Source: Elsinoe ampelina | Lineage: Eukaryota | Assembly: GCA_010093995.1 (NCBI GenBank) | Contig: ML992503.1 | Coordinates: 1 to 64,000 of the forward strand | Length of the DNA stretch: 64,000 bases | Direction: 5' to 3' | Shown: piece after piece, positions 1 to 12,428 of the stretch | How the letters are laid out: the number at the start of each line of letters is the position of its first letter | Numbering within the stretch: the stretch's first letter is position 1 | Program-made: the position numbers and the translations under genes | Notes under the pieces: generated by a model | Database searches by the model: none | What the model saw: only the letters and a program-made list of their open reading frames with translations | What the model was told of the DNA's origin: nothing

Positions 1-3000
1 GTTAGGAAGCTTAATTAGGAAGCCCCTAGTAGCCTTATTATTAGTTAGGAGACCTCTAAGGCGTCTTATAAGTCTAGAAGCCCTAGGACGTATAGAGGTA
101 AGGTTAGTAAAGAGGCGTCTAGAAGCTCTTTAGTAGTCTAGGACTTATGTTAGTTAGGATCGATTAGGAAACTTAGGAACACGTACTAGACAAGCTATAG
201 CTATAGTAATTATTCTAGAAGCTATAGTTAGTATAGGAGCCCCTTAGGAGCATAGTACTATTAGGAGTAGTTATAGTAACATAGGAGTTATATTTGCTAT
301 TCCCCTAAGCATAGGAAGTATACTTCTAACTAGCTAAGTAGATAGTATACCTAGAAGTGCTATAGACGAGCAGAGAAACTAAGTAGTTAGTGTTAGATCT
401 AGAAAGGTTTATAGTCGTTCTAGGAGTCCTTAGGTTAATAAGCTAGTTAAGCTAGAACTTAGAACTAGTCCTAGTAAAGACCTAGAGATTAGCGTTAACT
501 AGGGGTTTAACCTAGGCGTCTAGGGAATTACGCTAGGCTATATTAAGTCCCTAGAGATTAGCCTAGACCTACTAGGTAAAGGGAAGAGTTATAGGAACCT
601 AGGTATAGCCTAGAAGTGTTAGTGAAATTAGGATATATATTAGGGGCTTAGGGCTTACTTAGGGTATTTAGGTTAGTAACTCTGTCTCTAGTAGTAGCTA
701 GGAAGGTTATAGGAGTTCTAGTATGTAAGGCCCTAGGAGCTATAATAGTTACTAGGAGCGCTAGGCTTAGAAAGTTATTTAGGAAGGAAGGCAAAATTAT
801 AAGAGAGCTAGGAGGTTAGAACTAAAAGTTATAGTTAGTTAAGGTTCTTAGGAAGGCTTACATTTACTAAAGGTTCTTATTTAAGGCCTCTTAGTAGAGT
901 TAAAGCAGCAGAGATAAGATCTATAGGCTAAATAGAGCTATATATATTGCTATAAAGGCTACTAGGCTTGTTAGTGTAAAGGGCTACTAGGTATATCTAT
1001 CTCTTGCTAGTAAAAAGCTCTATAAAAGCTATAAAGGCTATAAAGGCTATAGGTAAGCTATAAAGCTAGTTCTTTCTAGAGCTAATTAGAAGCTGTTTAA
1101 TCTCTATAGTAGTATCTCTAGCTACTTTAACTCTCTTAAAGGGACTAGATAAGGATCTAGCTATAATAGAGTAAACTTACTATAATAAAGGTAATAAGAA
1201 GAGAAAGAAAGAAAGCTAGAGAGAATAAAAGAGATATATAAGATCTATAAGTCATGCTAGGTAGCTAGGTATATAAAACAAAGAGTAATATAATAACAAA
1301 GGAGTATATAAATATAGTATATAAAAGGCCTAGGTTATAATCCCTAGAGACTTAGGATATACTAACTAACGCCTAGCTACTAGAGGCTAAACTAGGAATG
1401 CTTACTAACAATTCCTTATAAAAGTTTATTATTGCCTAGAGTAATATAATAATAGGTAATACAATAGGAATAATAGCTTAAACTTTTAGATAGATAGACT
1501 TATAATTATAGCTCTATACTCTAGCGGAACTATAAGCCCTTAAGAATTCTATTCTAACTCCTGCTAATATAATATACTTACTAGATCTAAATCTAGTATT
1601 ATAAAAAGCTATTAAATATTAATCTAGCTGTCCTAAGAACTCTAGACTCTAGAAAATAATAGGGAAATACTAAGAGGTAGTTAGAAAAGATAAAGATAAG
1701 AGAGAAGGTAAGTATTTCTACTAAAGATCCTAGTTGTCTATTATTTAATTAAGGATTATAGGCTCTAGGATTTCCCTAATAACTCTAGGAGCAATATTTA
1801 TATATACAATCTAAGTACTATAGAGTTATTTATAATTCTTAGACCTCCTATTTACTAGGAAATTTATTTTGCTTTAATATATATTCTATGTCTATCTACT
1901 AGTCTACCTAGGCCTCTTTAAATTTATAAGGATGTTCTAGAGTTTCTAACTATTAGGAGTAAAGCTACTAAGACCTCTACTCTATATTTTCTTAGGAACT
2001 TTAAAAGATTTTTAGGATAGTCCTAGTATACTATAACCTAGATTCTAGGAGTAATACTCGATAATTCTAGATAATACTAAGTATTATAGAGAACCTAGGT
2101 AATATAAGTAATCTCTAAAAAATTTAGAGGGAAAAAATCTTAGAAAGTCCTAAAGAATAAAGGTTAGAAATCCTATTAGAATCTAGGAAAATACCCTAAC
2201 CCTGCTCTAGTAAAACTATTAGAATATACCCTTCCTTCTAAGATATATAGTGTCTAGGGAAGGTAGGTATTTCTACTAAAGATTCTAGTTGTCTATTATT
2301 TAATTAAGAATTATAGGCTCTAGGATTTCCCTAATAACTCTAAGAGTAATATCTATATATATAATCTAAGTACTATAGAGTTATCTATAATTCTTAGACC
2401 TTCTATTTACTAGAAAATTTATTCTACTTTAATATATATTCTATATCTATCTACTAGTCTACCTAGGCCTCTTTAAATTTATAGGGATATTCTAGAGTTC
2501 TTAACTATTAGGAGTAAAGCTACTAAGACCTCTACTCTATATTTTCTTAAGAACTTTAAAAGATTTTTAGGATAGTCCTAGTATACTATAACCTAGATTC
2601 TAGAAGTAATACTTGATAATTCTAGATAATACTAAGTATTATAGAGAACCTAGGTAATATAAGTAATCTCTAAAAAATTTAAAGAGAAAAAATCTTAGAA
2701 AGTCCTAAAGAATAGAGGTTAGAAATCCTATTAGAATCTAGGAAAATACCCTAACCCTACTCTAGTAAAACTATTAGAATGTACTTTTCCTCCTAAGATA
2801 TATAGTGTCTAGAAATAGTATACGAAGTATATCTACTCTCTACTCTATTACGTATAGAACTCTCCTTTAGTCTAGTAGAATCTATTAAATATATTAAGTA
2901 GTTTAGCTAGGGTCTAGAGCTATTATATAGAGATATAAAGCTCTCTTAATACTTTACCTTCTATTAGGCTAGAGTTAATAATCTTTAGACACCTTAGGAA

Positions 3001-3300
3001 TTTCTATAGGAATTAGGCAACTATATAGATATATCCTTTATTAAGTTTTAGTTGTTATTATCTAATATATAAGCTGTTTTTGTAGTACTATTTAGTTTCG
3101 TAGCCTTATACTATTATAAAGCAGATATTAACTAAGTATAGTATTTATTTAAGCTTAAAACATATCGGACAAAGGAGATTAATATATGCCTTAATTAGTA
3201 GCATTATAGGCTAGAGACGGGCAGTTGTAGCCTAAAGACATTAAAGAAATATACGCTACTATATAGTAACTTCTACTACGAGCTTTAGCTAATCTAAGTT
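1..3300. repeat. RIP-mutated AT-rich repeat block, element family not identifiable
   Basis: Very AT-rich, saturated with TA/CTAG/TAG, almost no CA/TG, and no ORFs in the track. This is the classical RIP signature. Confidence 0.85.
1704..2812. repeat. Direct tandem duplication with a 555-bp period (1704-2257 / 2259-2812)
   Basis: gaaggtaRgtatttctactaaagatYctagttgtctattatttaattaag starts at both 1704 and 2259, and both copies end ...agatatatagtgtctag. The differences I saw are transitions. Confidence 0.9.
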
Positions 3301-3533
3301 TATATCTCTAATGAATACAAAGCTCGTAAAGTACCTGTTACTGTTGTGTACATGTGAAAGGAAATGAAATACCAGAAAGGCAGATAAGCTTGAAGACCAT
3401 GCTTGCAGGGTTAGGGTTATGCACAGAGGTGCGTTGTTCGATTTGCGGCGTCAATTCCCGTCGATGCCATGAGCTACCAGACAAGCAACCTCGTGACCAC
3501 TTGGTTGTCAAAGCATCTTCTGATCATGATAAG

Positions 3534-4898
3534 ATGAGGGTTTCGAGGCCGCTTGCCCGTCTGTCTTCTTCAAGGTCCTTCTCGACATCGCTGCAACGGC
3601 GCAAAGTGCTAGATCTGGCTGCTCTGCCTCAGCGTATCGCGCCCTCATATCAAGGTCAGCGAATTTGTTCGGACGGTAGGTTCATGTCCTGATTTTAGCT
3701 AGAGACTGCTCATCAAGACCTGCTGTCTCTTCAATGGCCATCGCCACCGCGCAACGTCCTCATTGCCCGAAAAGAAGGATCACGTAAAGTGAGCGAGGCA
3801 CTCGTAGAATACTGTGAGCACGTCCAGTCCACCTATCCGGATGTCAACCTCATATTCGAGCCCGACGTCGCGAATGGTATTCATGAGTCTCTGAAGGATC
3901 CAGTCTACTCTCCGACCCATCCCTCCTCTCCTCTCCTCCGTTCCAAAGTCGATCTCATAACCACCTTGGGCGGCGACGGCACAATCCTCCATGCGGCATC
4001 CCTCTTTGCAACGGCTTCCAGTGTGCCTCCTATACTCTCTTTCAGTATGGGTACCTTGGGTTTCTTGGGCGAGTGGAAGTTTCAAGAATACAAACGAGCA
4101 TTCCGAGAAGTCTACATGTCAGGAGCTGGAGCAGGAGATCGGAATACAATATTCGACCCTGTTGGCACGTATCAGCGAGGAAGCTTAGGTGATCCTGCAG
4201 ACCGCGGACTATCTGGCTGGTCCTCCGTTCGAGGAAAGTCGATGGGCAAGAGCAGGGGCTCGAGGGTATTGTTGCGCAACCGCTTGAGGGTCGGCATATT
4301 TGAATCAGACGGAACACGAATTACCCGTGATGAAACCTCAACATCGCCTGCTACCGCCGAGGGTGTCGCAGGCGGCGATGTATTCGCTATGAATGAAGTA
4401 CTCCTTCACAGAGGACGGACACCCCACTTGTCACAGATCCAGATCTTCCTAGGCGGCCGCTTCCTGACCGAAGCTGTGGCAGATGGAATGCTCATTTCGA
4501 CTCCTACTGGTTCAACGGCATACTCTCTCTCCGCTGGTGGTAGCATCGTCCATCCACTTGTAAGTTCGCTGCTTCTGACACCCATTTGCCCCAGAAGCTT
4601 GAGCTTCCGACCATTGGTGTTACCAGCAAACACACCAATCGTGCTCCGTCTGAGCGACAAGAATCGAGCTGAAGAGGTGGAGGTCAGTGTTGACGGCGTC
4701 AGACGGAATCGAGGACTGAGCAGAGGGATGGAGGTGAGAGTAGTTGGCGAAGATATCAAGACAGAGGAAGGATGGAGGGGCGGCATACCGAGCATTGTAA
4801 GACCAGGCGGCAAAGGTGGACATGAAGGAGAAGACCATTGGGTCGGAGGATTGAATGGCTTGCTCAAGTTCAATCATCCATTTGGTGAAGATGGCTGA
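3534..4898 (+). CDS. POS5: Mitochondrial NADH kinase (NAD kinase family), 2 exons, intron ~3655-3702
   Basis: TLGGDGTILH and MGTLGFL motifs, NE motif, DGMLISTPTGSTAYSLSAGG and TPICPRSLSFRP. Arg/Ser-rich presequence MRVSRPLARLSSSRSFSTS. Splicing restores the frame (..YQ-ETAHQDLLSLQWP..). Confidence 0.9.
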
Positions 4899-4950
4899 CG
4901 GTACTTCTGATGTCCTGGTGGCATATCCCGACTTGATGGCCGCCAAAAAT

Positions 4951-5939
4951 CTACGATGCAACCCCGAGCCCCCCAAGGGCAGCTGCCACCGTAATCGCTT
5001 GTCTGACTCTGCGATCTGAGTCATCTAGATCGACCTCTCTTGGTCTCGACCGCACTTGAGTACCGTCACCCTCATGGCCATGACTAGGCACGACACCCTC
5101 GCCAAAATGTCGCTGCCGCTCAATGTGCCACATAGTGAGCAATGCCATGATCGCCACTTCCATTGAAGTCTCGGTCACGGAAACTTCAAGCTCAAGATCT
5201 CCAAATGTCCAGGTGTCTATGACCGAGCCTCTGGTAAAGGGATGAAGAGCGCAGCTGGATGCTCTTCCTTGGCCGCTTTCTGGCTTGTCTCCAGTATCCA
5301 GCGACCCGAAGCCGATGTTCTTTTGCGGAACGAGAAACGCCGAGATGTTTTTGGAGCCTGCTTCGTCCAAGAAAATGCCGACCATTCCATCTCACCGCCA
5401 GAAGCTAGATTGACTGCGAGGCCAGCATGGTTGTAATACCACTCCGCGCAGACTGTCGATCTGTCTGCCTCGTCGGGTGACTTGTCCGGGAAGGCTGCAA
5501 GGGCACCTTTGGTGTCATCAGCAAAGGTTACTGCAGCAGCAACAGGATCTTTCGGGGAAGTTCCGCGGTGAAGCAACAGAGCCGCTGTTGGGCTATCAGG
5601 AGATTCGAAGTTCTTTGCTACTTCTAGATAATAGTCTATCTTGGCAGGTGATGTTGGAGACCGCAATGTCATGTCGTACAATGCCAGTGGAGACTTGTGC
5701 AGAATGGACCTGGCAGTCTGCGAGATATCTGTTCCCTCGTTCTTGCTTATTGTACCAGGATCTCATGTGGTGAGTTGGCTGTTCAGCCTTTCTAGGATGT
5801 CTGAAACTCGGGCCTTATTCGAGAATGCACCGAATCGCCAGTCAATTTTCAATGTCAGATGCCCATGTCAGACGCCTTCCGGAACAAACACGTCCGGCTT
5901 GTGTCCAAAGATCCACACACGAGCCGTGTGACGCAACAT
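4951..5939 (-). pseudogene. Disrupted hypothetical gene (two in-frame TGA stops and one frameshift)
   Basis: ATG at 5939 is in frame with ORF 5217-5681 but is interrupted by TGA at 5868-5870 and 5763-5765. Coding-like sequence continues in another frame (ORF 4951-5385) after ~5240. Confidence 0.5.
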
Positions 5940-6049
5940 AGGATGTTCGTAACGGGACAGATACAGGAATGATCTTCATGTTTACAAAGTCGATATATAG
6001 CGTTTCAAACTCCTATAAACCGCTAAAGGAAAATTGATTAGCACAAAAT

Positions 6050-7650
6050 ATAGCAGATCCGATAGAGCGCCTAGAAGACTAAACATTATATTGTTAGAAG
6101 GAGATAAATAAGAATAAATTCTAGATTCTAAATAATAGACAATTAAATAGGCTAGTATCCTCTACCTCTACCTCTACTACTATCTCCGCTGCCTCTACCT
6201 CCTTTATTACTACTACCTTAGCTCTCTATTATTACCCCTATACTAATTCCCTCTTCTACTATAACTAGCTTAGCTTCTCTAATTATACTACTAACTAGAC
6301 TAGTTATATACTTAGTATTCTTAGGCTCTTTAATATTAATATAAGGTACTAAGGGTTAATACTTATTAATAGAGTAGTTCTATAACTATAAAGCTAAAAT
6401 AATAGCTACTATAGTATCTTATATAGTAAAATATAATTACTTCTCGAAGTATAAGATACTTTTTAATATCTTATTATAGTTTTCGTCCTTCTTCTACTTA
6501 AGGATCTTATCTCTTATACTTAGACAATTCTTAAGATTAGCTTCTAAAGAGAGAGTTACTATATTACTATTAGAATTATTACTAGTAGTAGTAAGTTTAG
6601 TTATGTCCTTAAGTACCTAAATATAGTAGACTATAAACTTAACTATACTAATATGCTTTATATACTATATCTTAATCTATCTATACTTATATTCTCTCTT
6701 ACTTATTATAGCTTAGAAGGCTATATATATATAATTAGAAAGTTATTTCTATTAACTCTAAGTAGTACTATAAGTAGAGTTTCTAATAGTTAAATTACTT
6801 AAGAAGTAGCCTCTAAAGTATATAGTAGCGACGATAGAATCTAGTTTATTACTAGAGTAAAGAATAAAGACTTTATTACTAAAGCTTTAAAAAATATAAA
6901 ATAGATAGACGCTCTACTAAGTAGTTAATTAAATTAGTTATAGATTAAGATCTTATATATATATATAAAGCTTAAGTCTATAACTTTTAAGGCTAGTACT
7001 AAAGGGTACTATAGTACTTATTATATTTAGACTTAAATATATATATAACTAAGTTACTAGAGATACTTAAATAGACTTACTAGATAGGGAACTTATATTT
7101 AGTATTAAAATTAAAGTATAGCTAAGATAGTTTAGGTAAGCTATTATATATAATATAACTTAAGGCTATACTTATATATAGTATAAAATAAATAAAGTAT
7201 ATTAAGTATAGGTATATATATATATTTCTTCTAGTTATATAGGAATATTTAAGAATAAAGATAAGATTAAGATTATTTAGGTATACTAGTAGCTTTAAAT
7301 TCTTCTACCTAGATATTAAAGATATAAAGGCCTATATTCTTTATTAAATTTAACTAGTTTTTTATACTTAATTAGAAAGGTATAATAGATAACTAATTTA
7401 TATATTCTTTAATAACTAATAGTTAGTCTTCTAGTAGTACTTTTAACTAGCTAGACTAACTTAATAGTCTAATAAAGTAAAGTTAGCTTATTAAGGCTAG
7501 TTCTTTATACTTACTCTTATATTTATATATATAGATAACTAGTCTTTTTACTAGTCTTAGTAAATATAGAAGTAAACCTTATATAATACTTCTTATAAAG
7601 TACCTCTTCTACTACTTTCTTTTCTACTCTCTTTACTACTTTAATTATAA
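6050..7650 (-). mobile_element. RIP-degraded relic, possibly a hAT-like transposase
   Basis: After reversing RIP the minus strand reads TTGDNSDSN..WKKDEN..SIxCFxKQLHFAVQD, loosely like hAT TTDNASN / IxCxAHxLNLxVQD. The match is weak. Confidence 0.3.
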
Positions 7651-7699
7651 CTTTAATAGTACTACTAGCTAGCTAGCTAACCTTCTAAGTAACCTCTAT

Positions 7700-9060
7700 A
7701 GTATTATTAATACTAGTACTATAGCGATTTAATAGTAGCTAGACTAATAATATAGTCTCTATACTCCTTAGTTTCTTAGTAAAGGAGAAAGCTACTAGTA
7801 AATAAGCTTAATTTAGCTTTAAAGCTATTACCTTTTAGTAGTAATATAGCTTCTAAAAGCTAGTAATATAATAGAGAAGAAGATTTATAATAAGTATAGA
7901 GCTTTAAAGGAAAATTAGTCGAATTATAAGACGCTTTACTAATAGTTTAGTTAGATAGTAGATAGTAATAGTATACTATATACTAAGCCTTATATAATAG
8001 AGAAGTATTTTACCTTTTACTCTAGTACTTAAAAATTTAAATACTATAAGTTTAAGTAGCTAGATCTTAGTAATAAGCTTTAGAGTAATATTATAGCTAG
8101 TAGTAAGTATACTCTTACTTCTACTAATATACTTAAGGTTAGTAAGAAAGAAAAGAAGAATAGAGAGATATAATAAATAGTAAAAGAGTTAGATAAGCCT
8201 ATAAAATTTAGCTAGTCTTTAAGCCTTTACCTTATATAGCTACTCTTAATACTAGTAGCTTTCTTATATATAAGTATACTAGTAAGCTTAATACTTCTAA
8301 ATAAGAGATAGAAGATAGATAAGGTAAACTAAATAATATAAGCTATTTTTAATAAAATTAAAAGGTTAAATAAGATAGCTAAGAGACCTTTAGTAGTTAT
8401 ATAAGTAATAGCTAAATTTACTAAGGAGTTTACTTATCTTATACTAGCTATATTACGAAAATTCTAAAGCTTAGAAATGCTTAGAAATAGTAGTAATTAT
8501 TATATTTCTAGCATTTTTAGTATTTCTAGCTTACTCTATATCTTAGCTATTACTAGTACTACTAGCGCTTACTAGCAAGGCTAGCGCTTACTAGCTATTC
8601 TAGCTATTTTAGCTATTCTAGCTAAAATTTAAAAAAAAAACTCTATATATAATATAGTTTAGAATTAAACTTAAAGCTTTTTAGAATAATAAATTTTATA
8701 TAGTAGAAAAAGGAATTACTTATAAGTTATATACTTACCTACTTAGCTATAGAATATATATATTTTATAAAGAGAAATAAATATATATAATAGTTATTAT
8801 AAAAATTTAACCTTAAAGAAAAAAATTCTCTTTATACTAAAAAACTAGTACTATATTTCTAGTATTTCTAGTTATTCTACTTATTCTAGCTATTCTAGCC
8901 TTAGGATTTTTATAATATATAAAGATTAAAGCTTTACTAGCTTTAAAGAAAGTAGTAGAATACTAGCTTAAGTTAGATAATAGTATAAGATATAAGCTAG
9001 TAAGTAAATAGACTAACTTACTACTTATAATACTTATTAAAGATAAGATAGCTAGAGAGA
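7700..9060 (+). mobile_element. RIP-inactivated Myb/SANT-like ORF of a PIF/Harbinger transposon, interrupted by a MITE
   Basis: De-RIP reading from 7740: WTDDMVSILLGFL..GKQAQxGFK..KIHNKYGALKENWSNYKTL..SGW..EYF.FHPGARKFK, the typical pattern of the Harbinger partner protein. Confidence 0.7.
8449..8919. mobile_element. RIP-mutated MITE-like insertion (~470 bp) with ~25-bp TIRs and subterminal CTAGC-type repeats
   Basis: Left end tatattacgaaaattctaaagct matches the reverse complement of the right end tatattataaaaatcctaaggct with transitions only. Removing it, leaving one TA, rejoins the flanking ORF in frame. Confidence 0.65.
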
Positions 9061-9349
9061 TATAATAGAAGAAGAATAAAGAGCCTTTATAGCTTAAAGT
9101 TTACTTCTTATATAACTATTACTCTTTTAGGATAAATAGTAAAGTATTTTTTATAATTTCTTTAATTCTTTATACTTACTTATAATCTTTATTATATATC
9201 TAATTTAAATATAGAAGCTACTAAACGATTATTAAATAACTAAAAACTATTATTTAATTATACTAGATTATTTACTACTTCTTCTATTAACCTTAGCGCT
9301 ACTATAGCTTAAGCTAGTAATTATACTATATCTCTTTAGCTATCTTATT

Positions 9350-10450
9350 ATAATATTTAACTATATATATATTACTTTTACCTTTATCTATTAGATAGCT
9401 AATAGACTTAGAGAACTTATTAACCTTCTTCTTTTTCTTCTTCTTTACCTCCTTAAGATAGATAGCTATCTAAATACTTAGTAGAAAGTTATAAAGTATA
9501 GCTAGATAGTATACTATTTATACCTATATAAGTATTAAGAGGTACTTAAATCGCTTATCTAATATCTACTACTACCTCTTAAGTAGTCTAAAGCTTCTTT
9601 TAATAATATTATAGAGTTATAAATAGTATAAATTAAAAAGCTCTTTTAGATACTAAGGCTATTAGTTAGTAGCTTTATACTCTTAGAGGTAGTACCTTAT
9701 ACCTTAATAGAGTACTAAGATATTAATCCTATTACTATATCTAGTATTAGTAAGATAGTAAGCTCTCTTTAGAGTAGAGAAGCTCTTATTATAAGCGTTA
9801 GTAAGTACTTAAGTATTATATATAGACCTCTTCTATTCTAGTAATAGATAAGTAAACTTTATCTTATAGTTTATAACTACTAATATATTTTATAATAGAC
9901 TACCTTTTTAATTTCTCTAAGCTAATTACTTACTAAAAATATAAGTAGAAATATAAGTACTATTAAGAGCGCTAATATAGCTTTAGAAGTAAAGCTAAAA
10001 CTTATAATTTATCTAAATATCTAGTAGTACTTAGAGTATTATAATTAGTACTATATATTTATTATATAAAGAGAAGAGGCTTTATAAGGCTTAATAGAAG
10101 AATTAACTAACTATTTAAATAACTATACTAACCTTAGTAGCGATATAGTAATAGCTAGTACTAGTAGTAAGAATATAAAGAGTAATAAAGAGCTTATAAT
10201 AAGTAAGTAATTTATAGCTATTATTAAGTACTAGAGTAGTTATTATTAAGCGCTTATAGAGATAGTAGAAGAAGACTACTATATACTATATATACTACTT
10301 ATAGTTCTTATTAACCTTAATACTCTAGTTAATCTAGTTAAGGCTAAAGCTTTAAGTATTAAGCTAATAGTTACTAGTAATCTCTAGAGGTTTATATATA
10401 TTCTTTAACTAAGTAAGTAAAGTAGTAAAGAGAAGACTTATAAGAAGTAT
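9350..10450 (-). mobile_element. RIP-inactivated PIF/Harbinger DDE transposase
   Basis: De-RIP reading: LATGxSYRxIA..TVSRFFH..KFWPYFQGCIGALDGTHI..WRNRKGSLSQNVLAV..GWEGSAHD..YYLADAGY..PYRGVRYHL..KELFNLRHS.LRNVIERSFGLLKRRW.IL. Confidence 0.88.
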
Positions 10451-11333
10451 ATATAAGTAGTTATCTATAACTACTTAATTTAGTATACTAACTTATTAGT
10501 ATAGAGTACTATAACCTTATATCTCTTATAATACTAAATGTAATACTTATATAACTTTTTACTACCTTTCTAAGCTATAGAAGTATCTTAGCCCTATATC
10601 TCGGCCTTAGCTACTATTAATTTTATACTATTTATACTAATTATACTAAAAAAGACTAGCTCTACTAAAATACTAAAGATTAAAGGAGATAGTCTTTAAT
10701 ATAATACTTATTCTTATATCTCTACCTTCCTAAGATACTAACTTATAATTAGTTACCTTATAGGCCCTTAGTAAGGAGAGCTCCTAAGCGTCTAAGGAGT
10801 CCCTTTACTAGCTTTATTATAACTTATACTTTACTCTATCTAGTATATCTATAGTAGTAACTTTATATCGATGTTAACTACTAGGCACTAGATATGTATA
10901 TAGTAATAAAACAAAATATATAGACGTCTACAATAGCAGCCACGAGATGTCGTGCTTTTATAACTGTTTTCCGGCTTTGCTAGTCCTCTTCTAGTAATTG
11001 ACCCGGCCGACGGACTGCTTTTTCGTCCGCGTGCTTTTAAATTATCAAAAGTTGAAACAATCATCCTCGCGGCATTCGTCCTAGGGCTAATTAATGGCTT
11101 CACGAAATTCCTCCGATATTTGTCATCTGAGCGACCATGTCGCTCATGCAGATGGGATATGATTGCGCCGCAAAACATACAAGTATCGGTCAGCATGTGA
11201 GTATATATTTCAACTTGCGACCATCGTACGAGGGTTGGGCTAGGTCATGATCCTTATGCGAAAGCTATTGCCCTCTGACTGCATTACTACTTCTCGAGCT
11301 TGGTACAGGCAATTTTCCAATATCACACCCGCC

Positions 11334-12359
11334 ATGTCTCACCTGGCGGCTATCCAGGAGTCACCCAAAGCACCTTTCGTGATCAAGGAAGTCCCGACTC
11401 CTGAACCCGGTGAGGATGAGATTCTTATTCGGAATGAGCTGATTGGGTTGGTACCGGTCGATATGAAAATGGCAAAATACGGAATTCCACCTATTGCATC
11501 CTATCCAGCAATCCTGGGCAACAGCTTTGGCGGTATTGTCACGGCTGTAGGATCGGCAGTCACTCGGCTCGAGGTTGGCGACAAAGTTGCCGTGAACAGA
11601 TCGTTTGGTACTGGCAACCATCACGGTCCATTTCAGCAGTTTGCGTTGGCGAAAGCCAGATACGCAGCCAAGGTCTCCAGCGATGCAGACTTGCACGGCC
11701 CGGTCGGCACGATCGGCAACATTACGACAATCGTCGCTATGCTCAGCGGATACATGGGCTTACAGAGACCTGATCTCGGTAAACCGAGGCCCGAGAACGG
11801 CCAGAAGATCTTGGTCTATGGCGGTACATCCAGTGTTGGATTCCTCGCGACACAGTACCTCGTTCAAGCCGGCTACGACGTGGTCACCACAACATCTCCC
11901 AAGAACCGGAGCCTAGTATCTGTACTGGACGCAATTCAAGTTGTGGATCACACGCAAGATTCCAGATCAGTGCTGGATGCTCTCCTCGCTCACGGTCCAT
12001 ACGACAACGTTATCGACGCAATCTCCCTGCCGGGCACCACCAAAATCACGGCAGCTGTTCTCCACGCTCAAGGCGGCGGCAAGCTATACACGTTACTTCC
12101 CCCCATGGGACCTGAAATGATCCCCGAGACTGTAGAGAGGGTGTTCCAGCCATGGGCAACAGCGCTCATGGAGGAAAAGGATGCGGACTTGGGGAACTGG
12201 GCGGTACAAGTATATTACCAGCAAGCATTGGAGCGTGGCAAGCTTGCCCATCTTCCCACCATTAAAGTTCCTGGCGGACTTGTGGGACTGAACGATGCTT
12301 GCGACATTTTGGAGAGGGGTGTCAGCGCGACAAAGGTAGTAGTAGATCCACGGGAGTGA
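11334..12359 (+). CDS. Medium-chain dehydrogenase/reductase, trans-enoyl-reductase-like (LovC/ToxD/CipB-like)
   Basis: GroES-like N-terminus (PEPGEDEILIRN..YPAILG..GIVTAVGSAV) and Rossmann motif ILVYGGTSSVG, followed by TTSPKN. Single exon. Confidence 0.85.
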   Translation: MSHLAAIQESPKAPFVIKEVPTPEPGEDEILIRNELIGLVPVDMKMAKYGIPPIASYPAILGNSFGGIVTAVGSAVTRLEVGDKVAVNRSFGTGNHHGPFQQFALAKARYAAKVSSDADLHGPVGTIGNITTIVAMLSGYMGLQRPDLGKPRPENGQKILVYGGTSSVGFLATQYLVQAGYDVVTTTSPKNRSLVSVLDAIQVVDHTQDSRSVLDALLAHGPYDNVIDAISLPGTTKITAAVLHAQGGGKLYTLLPPMGPEMIPETVERVFQPWATALMEEKDADLGNWAVQVYYQQALERGKLAHLPTIKVPGGLVGLNDACDILERGVSATKVVVDPRE

Positions 12360-12428
12360 ACTTTGATATCTGAAGGTCCACTAGCTAAGGCCAGACATGG
12401 CGGATGTCAGTTGACAAATGGAATTAGC

